The position numbers and the translations under genes were made by a program. A DNA stretch of 64,000 bases from Histomonas meleagridis 2922-C6/04-290x (lineage: Eukaryota; Protista; Parabasalia), in assembly GCA_020184695.1 (NCBI GenBank), contig JAANOX010000136.1, positions 124,001-188,000 on the forward strand. The letters are read 5' to 3'. Below are positions 24,073 to 36,800 of this stretch, piece after piece; positions within the stretch are counted from its first letter, which is position 1, and every line of letters begins with the position of its first letter. The notes below the pieces were generated by a model. It had not been told where the DNA came from and made no database searches. It saw only the letters and a list, made by a program, of their open reading frames with translations.

Positions 24073-26118
24073 ATGGCGGTAAAAACTTTAGGATGCCCAA
24101 AAAGAAAAAGAAAACGTACATATATGACTGAATCAGAAGTCGAACTCACACATAGTCAAGTTGAAGATTTAGATGATTTTCTAGATTATATGATTAGTGA
24201 GTCAAAAAAAAGACTCGAAAAATTTCGAAGTGAATTCAACATGGAATTTGATTATTTATCAAGTAATAATTTACCTGTTCCTGAATGGTTTCCAAATCCA
24301 AGTCTTTACCGTCCTTTATTTGAAAAATATAGCCAATCATTCCAAGAACTTAAATTAGTTCATGATAAATTAAAAGCTGCAATCAGTCAAGTCAAAGAAG
24401 AAATGAGTCAAATAAAAGAAGTCCCTAATGATGATGAAAAAGAAATTGAAATGCTTCGAAAAAAACAAGAACAATTAATATCACAAAGAAGAGAAATGGA
24501 AAGAATTTGTATGGCTAATACACAAAGCAAAGATATCTATGATTCGCAAATAGCATCTAAAGAAACAAAACTCCAACACCTTTCTAAAGCAATTCAAGAA
24601 CTTCTTCAACAACGTCAAAAATATATTTTAAATCTTAATGAACTCATCAAAACTATTGAAGAAATTGCACAAGAAAACAACGCAATTTCCAAAAAGTTAA
24701 AATCATCAAGTAATGATATCCATAAGCTTGAAGATTTCTTAAAACAATGTCGTCTTGATACAGAACGAATTCAACAAGAAAGAGATAAAAACTTTCAGAA
24801 AAACGAAGCATTGACACAACAAATGAAATCATTAAGTATCGAATGTGCTGAATCCAAAAACAAAATTGAACATTTAAAATCACAAATTAAAGATCATAGT
24901 CAAATGTCATCTGCTCTTGAATTAGCAAAAAAGCAACTCGAAAATGAGAAATCAATTGAAACATCAATTCTTAATAAACTTAATGACGCTCTTAATAAAG
25001 CAGAAAGTTCAAAAACTTCTGCTGAACGTTTGAAAATGGAATCAGAATCACTTCGAAATGAAGTTGATCAAGCGAAACAAAATTTAAATGAAACACTTCA
25101 AACGTTAAAAGAAAATGCTCAAAAAAAGATCGAAACAATTAACAAAGGATATGAATCCAAAATAATCGAAATGAATCAAAAGTTTACACAGTTACTTGAT
25201 GAAAACTCAAACCTTTCGGCAACGTTGAACTCATTAAAAAGACAACTTTCATTTCTAGAAACACAAAATAACATATTAAGAAATGATGATGGACGTTCTA
25301 AAATAAGTTTTGATGAATTTACACGTGGCGCAAAGAATCAACTTGAAATGTTACAAAATCAAATTGAAGAACTTACACGTGAAGCACAACGAATGAAAGA
25401 AAAAGAACAAAAACAAAAGTCAAAACTTGAATCAACCGAAATTGAAAATGATAAATTATTATCTTCAATCAAATCTAATGTTGATAAACTTGAAACAGAT
25501 TTATCACGTATTAAATCATCTATAAGTGAAGCAGAAGCTCAAAATGCGGCACTAATAGCAGAAAATAATCGACTTACAAATGAACTTACGAGAGTTTCTG
25601 CTAATTCTAAAAACGATATTGAGATGAAAATCGCTGAGAAAGATAATGAAATTTATAATCTTACTATAAAACTTGATGAAATGAGAAGAAATCATATTCT
25701 GCAAACAGGCGAATTACAAAAGGTTTTAATTGAAAACAAAAGATATGCTGATAAATGGAAAGATGCAGCAGAGAATTTGGCTATAGAATCTGAGAATGGT
25801 ATTCAACAAACAGAAGAAAATAAAAACAAATTATTACAAAGAATAGAATTAATGAAAATGGAAATCGAAAAACAAGAAGCTGATGCTGCTTCTTTACAAG
25901 AATTAATAGCTAAAAGACAACAACAAGCAAGAGATTTACAGGCAAAATATGAAGAAATTGAACAAAGAGTTTTTGATCAGAAAACTCAAATTGATTTGTT
26001 GTATGAGCAACAAATGCAATACGCAAATAAAAAAGAGGAAATCGAAAATAAAATTGATGAAAAAAAGACAGAACTAAGAAGAATTAAAAGGCAAATGGAA
26101 TTGCTCAAGAAATTATGA
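24073..26118 (+). CDS. Long coiled-coil protein
   Basis: About 680-aa heptad-rich ORF; start is ATG 24073 or 24124; divergent from locus 3 across about 40 bp. Confidence 0.8.
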   Translation: MAVKTLGCPKRKRKRTYMTESEVELTHSQVEDLDDFLDYMISESKKRLEKFRSEFNMEFDYLSSNNLPVPEWFPNPSLYRPLFEKYSQSFQELKLVHDKLKAAISQVKEEMSQIKEVPNDDEKEIEMLRKKQEQLISQRREMERICMANTQSKDIYDSQIASKETKLQHLSKAIQELLQQRQKYILNLNELIKTIEEIAQENNAISKKLKSSSNDIHKLEDFLKQCRLDTERIQQERDKNFQKNEALTQQMKSLSIECAESKNKIEHLKSQIKDHSQMSSALELAKKQLENEKSIETSILNKLNDALNKAESSKTSAERLKMESESLRNEVDQAKQNLNETLQTLKENAQKKIETINKGYESKIIEMNQKFTQLLDENSNLSATLNSLKRQLSFLETQNNILRNDDGRSKISFDEFTRGAKNQLEMLQNQIEELTREAQRMKEKEQKQKSKLESTEIENDKLLSSIKSNVDKLETDLSRIKSSISEAEAQNAALIAENNRLTNELTRVSANSKNDIEMKIAEKDNEIYNLTIKLDEMRRNHILQTGELQKVLIENKRYADKWKDAAENLAIESENGIQQTEENKNKLLQRIELMKMEIEKQEADAASLQELIAKRQQQARDLQAKYEEIEQRVFDQKTQIDLLYEQQMQYANKKEEIENKIDEKKTELRRIKRQMELLKKL

Positions 26119-26454
26119 ATCGTGAGGCAAATGAAAAGTTTATGTTAATAAATTGTAACAATTTATATTTCTTTTAATACTCGTTCAAATTTTTTAAAAA
26201 AATTTTAAGGAGTGAATGGGATTAAATAACATAAAGTTTGCTTTGGTTGAGTGTTTTAGATACGGTGCTTTTAATGACCATTAATGCAACTATATAACAA
26301 CTTTAAAATATTGCGCACTTTACCTCAGATGAAATATCAATGAAACTATAAAAAAATCTCTATATAAAAATCATTATATTAAAAAAAAAAATAATTTTGG
26401 AAGCGTTTTTTATTGACAGCCTTTTAATGTACATCCATCAAAATACATTTCCTA

Positions 26455-27794
26455 TCATTCATCGCGGGCGATACCAGTTTCATCGCTTGGCTGTGCTTTC
26501 TTCTCAAGAATTGCAGTTATTATTTCAGTATATTCGAATTGTGCTGCTATCACTAGTGCGGTAACAAATTATATAATCAAACACCAAATTTTCATATGAA
26601 ATATTAAATTATATTAACAAACCTTAAACCAACAAAATAAGCGTCTTTAGCTGTGAAATTAATACCTCTTTGTTTAAGAAGTAACTTAACAATTTCGATG
26701 TGATTTTTTCTTGTTGCAGCAATTAGCGCTGTATCAAATATATCGAAAATATTCCAAAAATTGTTATAAAACATCAAATTATGGAAATATACATAAACAG
26801 TATTAACATCGATATCATCCTTATCAAGAAGCTTTGAAACAATTTTAGTATGTCCTTTTTCACAAGCTAAAAAGAGTGCAGATTTATATAAAGAAAATAA
26901 ACGCCTTCAAATGATTAAAACAAATATTATTTTTCATGTTGATTTTAAGTTCAGGCTTAGTAAGAAGTAACACAACAATATCAATCTTTCCTTCTTCGAT
27001 TGCAACCATAAGAGCCGTCATATAAATTTTAAATAATTTCCAAAAATTACGAAAAAATCTTAAATATATATAATAAACATCATCAACAGCATTAACATCA
27101 ATTCCATGGCTAACAAGCATTCGTGCGATTGTAATGTAATTATTCTTAGCAGCGGTCATAAGAGCTGTAAAAAAATCAAATAAACTCCAAAAATTAAAAT
27201 GAAATATAAAAATATTAAATAAATATTTGTATGGAAAAAATAAATGTTTGAGATGTTAAGGTCAATTCCGTTTTGTTGAATGAGTAAGGAAACAATTTTA
27301 TCATTGTTGTTGAGCGTGGCAACCATTAATGCAGTTTCAAATTAAATTTATAAATACCAAAAATTACGTTGAAACATCAAATTATCGAAAGTAACTATAA
27401 AGACTTTAATTAAACATTAGTAATGTTTAAATCTATTCCGGCAATAACGAGCATTTTGGCAATTTCAATATAATTATATTGAGCAGCATATATCAGTGCT
27501 GTGTTGAAAGAAATATATTAACCCCGAAATGTTTTTTGAAATATTTCCAAATAAATTAAATAAATATCTTGGGCATTAACATCAATACCATTTTGAGCTA
27601 GAAGACCTTTAACAATTCTGGTAAGTCCTTTCATTGAAAAGTAAATGAGTGGAACTTGTAATTATCCAAAAAAATTCCAAATAAAATTTTGAAACTTCAA
27701 TTACATTTGTTAGGATGAGTACTCCATTGTCAATCAAGCACTTGATGAAAGTAACAAGTTCTTCATGTTGTTCAACTTCCAAAGATGCTTCCAT
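26455..27794 (-). CDS. Ankyrin-only protein, locus 4; 304 aa after removing 25 x 17-nt inserts
   Basis: 1340-425=915 nt in frame to TGA. Clusters hold 2,3,4,4,3,2,3,4 inserts. Loops include GNGN, IDGE, DKGM, NEGK, KNGV. Confidence 0.85.
26566..27695 (-). other. Array of 17-nt inserts with variable occupancy (2-4 per loop)
   Basis: Loop lengths of 46, 60, 63, 77 and 80 nt all equal 17n plus whole codons. Confidence 0.9.
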
Positions 27795-28225
27795 CTTTTA
27801 TCAAAATGAAGATTAATTAATGCCAATAATCAGAACAATCAAAATCAATTCAAAAAGCGAAAATGTCAAAATATATTCGGTTGGAAAGATTATAACGGAT
27901 AAAAAGTAATTGGCATTTTTCATGAACGATAATATTTAATACAAAAAGTGGGGGATTTGGCAAAAAATCTACCGGTCGAATTGTATACTTTATCGAAAGG
28001 TAAAACAACGATCAATAAAGTATACAATATGCCTAATGTGGCCAAATAAATTAAGAAAATATTTCCAATTGATTATAAAATGCAAACAATAAGATACTGT
28101 AATTTGTTTGGTTTATTCTTTAAAGGGTAGCGTTTTTGTATTTCGAAAGGAATTGTGATATGAAAAATGATCGTTGCCATATGGCAAGAGATTTTGAAAA
28201 TGCAATATGGCAAGATTGTATCCGG

Positions 28226-28366
28226 TTAAAAGAGTTTAAATAACACAAATAAATATCACATTTAACATTAATATTAATTTCTTTTTGTTAAAGAAGTAAT
28301 TTCACAATTTCAATCATGAACGATGTATAAAACAATAGAAATAATTTCCAAATGTTGTGTTTAAAT
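28226..28366 (-). pseudogene. Ankyrin repeat remnant with three recognisable 17-nt inserts
   Basis: [atttaaacacaacattt]GGA[aattatttctattgttt]TAT-ACA TCG TTC...CTT CTT TAA CAA: shortened helix and premature stop. Confidence 0.65.
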
Positions 28367-28591
28367 AGCAAGTTCTTCAAACATATTAATATATACGTTA
28401 ATAATCTATCTTTAAAAGTGAATTAAAGCGAGTTAAAGAAATGGTTTCAAATTGTATGCATATACGGCCAAACAAAGCCTTGCCAATTCAAACATGATGG
28501 ACCATTTATGTATTCAATTTGATTTTTTGAAAAACAATTTTTCAAACAAAAATTTTTTATTTCCATAAAATATTCAAACATAATCATATAC

Positions 28592-28959
28592 ATAACATGG
28601 TGTTTATATAAATTTATCTATAAGAATGAAAATAAGGGCATTTGATCATTTTAGCTTAAAATACAATCATTGGTTTTCGAAAATATTTTGAATGAATTTC
28701 AAATCATTAATATAAATTTTAAACAAAATAAATAAAATTTGTTAGCATTACTATTGTTTTGAAATTCAAGAAGCAAATTGGCAATTGTAGTATTTCCTTT
28801 ATTATTCGCATACATTACTGCTGTCATAAATTAAATAAATAATTTCCAAATACTATTTTGAAATAGAAAATTATTAAAATAAATTTTAAATAAAACAAAT
28901 AAATATCTTTAGCATTAATATCAATTCCTTCTTGTTCAAGAAGTAATTTAACTATTTCT
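28592..28959. repeat. 368-bp near-identical copy of 19986..20353
   Basis: Direct sequence identity with one mismatch. Confidence 0.9.
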
Positions 28960-31721
28960 GTATGACCATTATAAGATGCACACATAAGTGCTGTTCGAAA
29001 TACTTTAAATAATTTCCAAATATTAATTTAAAATATTCCAAAATTATAAAAATAAATTTTAAATAAAATGAATAAATATTTTTAGCATTAATAACAATTC
29101 CTTTTCGTTCAAGAAGTAATTTAACTGTTTCTGTATGACCATTTTCAGATGCTAAAATAAGTGCTGTTTTAAATATTTTAAATAATTTCCAAATATTATT
29201 TTGAAATATCAAATTATTAAAATAAATATAAAAATCTTTAGCATTAACATCAATACCCTTTTGTTCTAGAAGTAACCTCACAATATCTGTTTTTCCTTTC
29301 ATAGATGCTAAAATAAGTGCTGTTCTAAATAAAATGAATAATTTCCAAATATTATTTTGATATATAAAATTATTAAAATAAATTTTAAATCAAACAAATA
29401 AATATTTTTAGCATTAATAACAATTCCTTTTCGTTCAAGAAGTAATTTAACTGTTTCTGTATGACCATTTTCAGATGCTAAAATAAGTGCTGTTTTAAAT
29501 ATTTTAAATAATTTCCAAATATTATTTTGAAATATCAAATTATTAAAATAAATTTCAAATAAAACAAATAAATATCTTTAGCATTAACATCAATACCCTT
29601 TTGTTCTAGAAGTAACTTCACATTATCTGTTTTACCTTTCATAGATGCACATATAAGTGCTGTTTGAAATAATTTAAATAATTTCCAAATATTATTTGGA
29701 AAAATAAAATTATTAAAACGAATTCTTAATAAAAGAAATAAATATCTTTAGCATTAATATCAAATCCTTTATGTTCAAGAAGTAATTTAACTGTTTCTGT
29801 ATCACAATTTGTAAATACAAGCATAAGCTTAGATTGAAATATACTTAATAAAATTCAAGCTTTATATTAAAAATTCCAATTATAAAAAAAAACAATAAAT
29901 AATTTAAATAAGCATCTTTTGAATTTATATCTATTTCTTTTAGTTCAAGAAGCAATCGATAAACATCAAATTGATTGTTTTCTAATGCTTGTTCCAATAC
30001 AGTTCGAAATCAATGATAAAAAATCCAAAAATTATTAATGTACATAAAGTAATTAATATAAATAATATTTTTATAGTTTAAATATATCCCATGTTCAATC
30101 AATATTTTAACTACTTCAATATATCCTTTCTTACATGCTCCATTAATCACACTTTCAAATAAAAATAAGAAACACCAAAATATTATAAAAAACTAATTTA
30201 AATCAATATAAAATACAGTTTTCACATTAACATCAATTCCTTTTTGTTTAAGCAAAAATCGAACAGTTTCAACCTGATTTCCAGAACATGCATAATAAAG
30301 TGGTGTATAACACTTATAAAAGAAACGCCTTAAAAATATTTAAAACATTAAAAAATTATTTTGGATTTGAAATTTTTTTAAAAAACATTTATGATATTAA
30401 CACTCATTCTTTTTTCTTTAATAAAAAATTTAATAATATTAATGTAACCTTTATAACATGCAATTTGAAAAGCTGTTTGAAATAATATTAAGGAAATCTC
30501 AATTTAAATTTAAAACATAAAATTCAAAAGTTTAAACTTTAAATAGAAAAAATATAAATCTTCGAAATTAATATCAATACCATTTTGTTCAGATACATAT
30601 TTAACAAGATCAATGTTTCCTGAATAAGTTGATTCAATTAGAAGATTATTTGGAATATAATTATTTTTATTGATGAAATATTTGACAAAGAAAAGATTTC
30701 CAAGTTTTGCAACCTCTAAAATGTTTTCCCTATCGATTTTTATACCACTTTCTTCCAAAAATGAAAAAACTTCATAATTAAAAGATGTAATACATAACAT
30801 TACGGCTTCTTTTGGTTTAGTAAATTTAAGAATTTTATTCTCATAAATATATTTAAAGATATCATTTCGGTGAAATTTAATTGCAGTTTCATATGCACCT
30901 TCAAACGATGAATGATTTTGTTCACATAAATGAATAATTTCTTCATTTCCACCTGCAATTGCATATTTACCTGCATTCGATAAATTTGCACCATTCATAA
31001 GTAAATATTTAAAGCATTTAACAGATCCAAAAAATGCTGCATAATCAATTAATGTAACATTTTTATGATTAACAAATGAACATCTTTCATAAAGCGATGG
31101 TTCAATTGTTTGATTAAAATCAAAATTTGCTTGTGATGATATTTCTTGAAGTTTTTCGATTTCATCAGATCGAATTATTTTCGTAATTTCATTGGGATTA
31201 ACTCCTTCTTCAATTAGTTTTTTATGAAGTTCCCAATCATTCTTTGAAAGTTCACTCAAGTTTTCATCAAAGAATTTCTGAAATTGTTCTTCTTCTTTCA
31301 ATACATGAAAATCTTTTACTGAAAGATAACTAATAAACAAAAATGTTGACTTAGCTTTTGCAATTTCTTTACTAATAATATTTTGTTCAATTAATTTTTC
31401 TAAAAAATGATAAGATTCGTGCGATTCATTATTAAGAAGAACTTGAGTAAAAATTTCAAAAATTTTGAATTTGGTTTTTTCATGAATAAAATGAATAAAT
31501 TGAATATAAAGAGAACTATTCATGGGTTTAACTAAAAATAATGAATATATTAATTGACATACAATGAGAATAAAAGAATTTTGGAAATTGTAATTGTATA
31601 AATTCATAAGTAGTTTAGTAACTTCTTTTATGTTATCATCATTTAACTTGTAAATAATTTGTTCAATTTCTTGTAAGTATTTCAACCCATGATCACTGTT
31701 CTTTGCTTCAGAACATTTCAT
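28651..31721 (-). CDS. DUF3447-ankyrin repeat protein, locus 6; 773 aa after removing 44 inserts (43 x 17 nt, 1 x 18 nt)
   Basis: DUF3447 ORF 30510..31721 continues through repeats spaced 170, 153, 150, 170, 170, 170, 170, 156, 173, 170 nt. 3071-749=2322 nt in frame. Confidence 0.8.
28681..30557 (-). other. Array of 17-nt inserts and single-codon micro-exons (12 clusters)
   Basis: Rebuilt loops include QNGY, KLGE, IYGR, RYGQ, EDGK, KYGR, FYDGK, KWNGR, KSGM. Confidence 0.9.
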
Positions 31722-32405
31722 TTGAATATCCGACCGTTATAAACCGAACAAATTTTGAGTGTGTATTCAAATAATTTCTTATTAAATTAATAAACTATTC
31801 AAATATTCATGCCGGTACATCTCTGAAATGTATGAAGACTGATTATAAAAATACAATATTAGTTGAACAAGAAGTTCATTGTGACGAATGAAAATAACGA
31901 AACTTAAATTAATTGACAATACAATTTTAAATAATTTTTTATCAAATGTAACTTTGAAATGATTAGTGTTTTTTCTTAAAAAAAAAATGATGAGACATTT
32001 TTTTTTATAATTCTTTTAAGTGCACTTCAACGTCACAGACTTTAAACAAATTCGACCTAATTATAAACTGCCATCATAATAATATAAACAAATTCATCTA
32101 ATGATAGAACTAATGAATAATAAATAAAACATGTTGAATTCCTTATGTAATGGTGTCGAAATAATCTATTCAAATTATTTTACTTATAACAATATCGGTT
32201 TTTTATATTAAAAAACAGTACGATAAAAATATATACAAAATAATATCTTAAAATAAATAGAAAAGATGAAAAATCAATCCGAACATGTTCATGCTTTTGA
32301 TGATCATATATGGATACACCAATGATTGGAACAGATAAGGTTCGATTCCATGATAGTTATCTCGAGCTTGTATTTAAAAATTAAAATAAAATTTCTGATT
32401 TTTGT

Positions 32406-33609
32406 TTATTCAACTCTTTCAATAGAAGATTCTTCACTTGGCTGATTGTACTTATTGTAAAGTAAGCCAACGATTTCAATGTATCTTTTATCACCAGCAA
32501 TCATGAGTGCGTTGAAAAGTAACATAAACAAACGTTAAATAATATATTGGAATATTAAATCAAATATATGAACGTCAATAACAAATAATAAACATCACGT
32601 TCTTCAAACTTAATTCCGGGTTGTTCAAGTAAAATGCTAACAATGTTCATGCAATTGTGTTCTGTAGCAATAATAAGAGGTGTTCGATGATATTCAAATA
32701 AATTCTGAAAATAATTATAAAACCTTAAAACATTATAATGAACATTAAATGATATCAATAAATATCAATAGCATTAATATCAGCGCCTTTTTGGATAAGT
32801 ATTTTAACAATTTTTTCATGACCTTCTTGTGAAGCAATCATAAGTGCTGTAAGAAATATTTTATATAAACTCCAAATAAAATAATGAAATAGAATTGTTC
32901 TTTTCATCGATTGATAATCCATTTTTATTAAGAAGGACTTCAACTATATCAAGATGACCTTCTTTGCATGCTTTCATTAAGGCAGTTTCAAGTACTTAAA
33001 GAAAACACCAAATAATATTTTGATATATCAATATTTTGGGAATTGACTTGAATGTTTTCCTTTTTAAGAAGGGCCTTTACAACATCAAGATGTCCTTTTT
33101 GGGATGCCTTCATGAGAGAAGTTTCAAATTAATCAAAGAAATGTCAAATAAGTTGTTGAAATTTTAAATCATTAGAATTAACACTAAGCCATAAAAGTAA
33201 ACATCTATGGCATTTTCTTCAATTTCTTCTTTTTCAAGAAGCATTTCGCAAATTTCAATATATCCTTTTTCAGATGCATACGTCAAGGCAGTATAAAAAA
33301 CATTTAATGGACTCCAAATTGATTAATGAAATATTAAAATATTATTATGAATCTTGTATGAAAGAAATTAATATCCTTTAAGTTGATATTTATGCCTTCT
33401 TGTCCAAGGAGTACAGAAAATATTGAGACCAGACCTTTGTCTGCCGCATAAATGAGTGAAGTTTGAAATTATTAAATAAAACACCAAATATAAAAATGAA
33501 ATATTAAAATTTCTAGATAAACCTCGTACTTAAGTTGTTGATTTATATTAAGAATTTCGTTTTTAATGAAACACTTTAAGAAATTATCAGCTTCTTGTTG
33601 GAAATTCAT
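32406..33609 (-). CDS. Ankyrin-only protein, locus 7; 270 aa after removing 23 x 17-nt inserts
   Basis: ATG 33609 (MNFQQEAD); clusters of 3,4,4,2,2,4,4 inserts; 1204-391=813 nt in frame to TAA 32406-32408. The ORF track captures only fragments. Confidence 0.85.
32517..33522 (-). other. Array of 17-nt inserts with variable occupancy
   Basis: Example: AAT ATT GAT[atatcaaaatattattt]GGT[gttttctttaagtactt]GAA ACT GCC = N-I-D-G-E-T-A. Confidence 0.9.
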
Positions 33610-33851
33610 TCTGTAAAATGATTTTTATTTTGGCATTTTTGTGTTTAAATGAAAATTTACGGTTATATTTTTGCCAATGCGAATGAGTTAACGTTTCTTT
33701 ATCGTCATCAGCGATATTTTGACATATTCCTTTTTTTAACCTGTGTGTACTTTCGACCGTTTAAAAATCGATTTTTTGATTAGATTTTGATCGTTGACTA
33801 TAACTAGTATATTAGTGTAAACTTTTTGATAAAAGTGTCATCTATGCACAA

Positions 33852-36800
33852 ATGACAGAACCTAAATTCTCCAAAGAATGTTTACTAAATCTAATTGTTT
33901 TTTTTAAATCATGTAGCCAATATCAAGAGATTGCTACATGTTTTAATTATGATAATGTTAAATTATATTCAAAGCAATTATTAGAAGCGAAAGATATCTT
34001 TGATATCAAGAATTTTTTACAGACCATAGAATTTAAAGGCAAATTTGATGCAAATCTTTTGAATCAGTATAATGATGAGAATACTTTTCCAGAGTTTCCT
34101 CATAGTTTAAAAATAGGAATTCAGTTACTTTCTTTGATATGCAATGATAATCCAACCGAGGTCGCAAGCGAAAATCTTGATTATTTTTTATATTTTATCC
34201 AAAATTGCAAAAACTCAGAATTGTCTAATATGTTTTTTATGCTATTACTTGATTATTTCTATAGGACACACTCAAGTCTTAACGTAGGTCCTATCATTAC
34301 TATTTTTAATAACAAAAAAAATTTGTCGTCATCTTTTTACAATTATTTTCTTTTCTTTTTAAAGAATTCATTTAATAATAACCAAAAAGAAATCCTCCAG
34401 CTCATAAAAAAAGTATACAAATCCAAATACGAAATTGTCAAGAATCAAAAGATAAGTCCAATTCTTGAAATAATAAAAGCAAGTGTCCTTAATTTTGAAC
34501 CGAATGCATTGGGTGCGTTTTCGTCCATATCCAACACGTACATTGAAAATGAGAAGCAAGAAGAGCCAAAAATCATTGATGAAATTTTCGACGAAATTCT
34601 CAACAAATTTTTGAATGACGTATTCGAAATGTTTAAAGAAGTAAATATTGAAATCAATGAATACAAACAAATTCATGAATTTCCACCAGAAATAAACATT
34701 GAAGATGAAGAATTTACTGTAGAACATATTGAAAGAAATGTATTTCATGATCATTTTCAATTTTTACCAAAAGAACTTGAAGTTGAACCACAAAAAGGGT
34801 TTGAATTAATACCGAATGAAATAATAACATTTTCCAATAAATTTAAGCAAAATTTTTTGGATGAATTAAGTGAAAATAATTTGAAGAATCTATTTGGAAA
34901 GCTTAAGAATAAAGTTTATTATTTCTCTAAAGATGATTCGAATTGGACTAAGTTAATATTAATTTATATATATTTACTAAGTCAACAATCAGAAATAATT
35001 AAAGGCTTTAATTTTGTTTTATTACAAGATGAAATATTTGATTCAGAACGAACAATTTATGGGCCTAAAAGTTTAAATACAAATTTAAATTTAATTCGAA
35101 CATTAATTATTTCATCATGTTACGATTTTAATGATAATTCCCGCATTACCGATTTCTTACTTAAGAAAATGAATCAAATATTTATATTAGTTGAAATCTT
35201 AAATCGAATTCAAATGATGCCGAATATAAAGTTTGATAATAAATTATTTAAAGAAATTTCTAATGTAGCTAAAAAATTACAAATAATTAATGCACCACTT
35301 GAAGTACGAAATGGATTATTTAGTTTTATTTTTTCATTTTTAAAGAGAAAAGATACATTTATTAAATGTATTGAATCGGAAATATTTGTTAATCGATTTT
35401 TATATTTTATTGTTGAAGATGGTTTAACTAAACCAATTTTAGCACAAGTAAAAAATGGGTTTCAATTTATTTCATCGAAAAATATTAATATGAAAACGTT
35501 AATTGATTTTATGAAACGTTTTTATATAAAATGTCCATTTATTCGTTCAAACATCTTTGAATTTGTTATTGATATTGTTCAAATGTATCCATATTTAACA
35601 AGAAGTTTTAATGGATTTCTTGATTTAATGTTAAAAGAATTTGATAAAAATCCAACAAAAGAAAATGCAAAATATGCATTAACATTTTTGTTTTATAATT
35701 GTCAATTAAAATATTTCGAATTAAAATTCGAACATTATAAAATATTAATTAATCATTCAAAGTTTATAACATTTTCATATTTAATAAATTTACTTAATGG
35801 AGGAAATATTGATTCAAACTCTTTATTTATCATTAAGAATTCTGAAATTCTTTCATTATTTTTAATTATATTTAGTAAATCACCAAAATTACTTGAAAAA
35901 ACATTACAAACATTTTTAAATTTAGCAGAACATTCTGATCATAATATATATATGTTATCATTAGGTGATATTGATTCGATATTATTAGATTATTTCCAAT
36001 CTAATACAATAAGTTATAAAGGTATAACATTTACCTTAAATATATCAAATGAAATCATTAATGAAATTATATTTCCTTTATTAGAAATTATGATAATTAA
36101 TTATCCAAGTTATCGTACAACTAAAAAAATTACAAATATTATAATACAAAAGAATGATCAACGATTCATAACATTTTTAGAAAAAGAATTAAATTATATT
36201 AATTCAATTCCTTCACCAATTATACCATTTGGTACATTTAAATCATTTTATCGTATTACTGGATTTCAACCAATTATATTAATGAATGATTTTACAATAA
36301 GTTTTTGGTTGAAAGCAGATATGCAATATTTACTTGAATCACATTCTAAAATGAATTTATTTTCATTTATTGGGAATAAACAAACATTTGTCGTATATAT
36401 TCAACGTAATATAATATATATTTCATTATTAGATTATAATGAAGATAAAAGAGTTGCGATTTGTACCAAACTTTCTAAACAATGGGCACATTATTTATTT
36501 ATGTTTCAACGAGTTAATGAAACTTCATTAAACATTTCATGTTATCAAAATTATGAAAAATTATCTGATTCGATATTTTATCCGATCAAATTAGAATCAC
36601 CAATTAACTTTGATATCTGTGGTTATAAACGAAATGAAAATTATTTTGATGAAATTAATCAACAATATGGATTAATATCGAATTTAAATATATATAATCG
36701 ATTATTAACACCAGAAGAAATTTATTCATTAATACTTAGAATAGGTATTCCTGATGATTATGTATTCACAACAATATTTTTGGAATGTCAACAACCAACT

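Noticed and set aside
8955-33000. Many 60-120 aa ORF-track entries with tails such as IYLFYLIFILIILYFKIIFGNYL or FQNNIWKLFKLF
   Set aside because: They are read-through of unprocessed 17-nt inserts in shifted frames, not separate genes or transmembrane domains.
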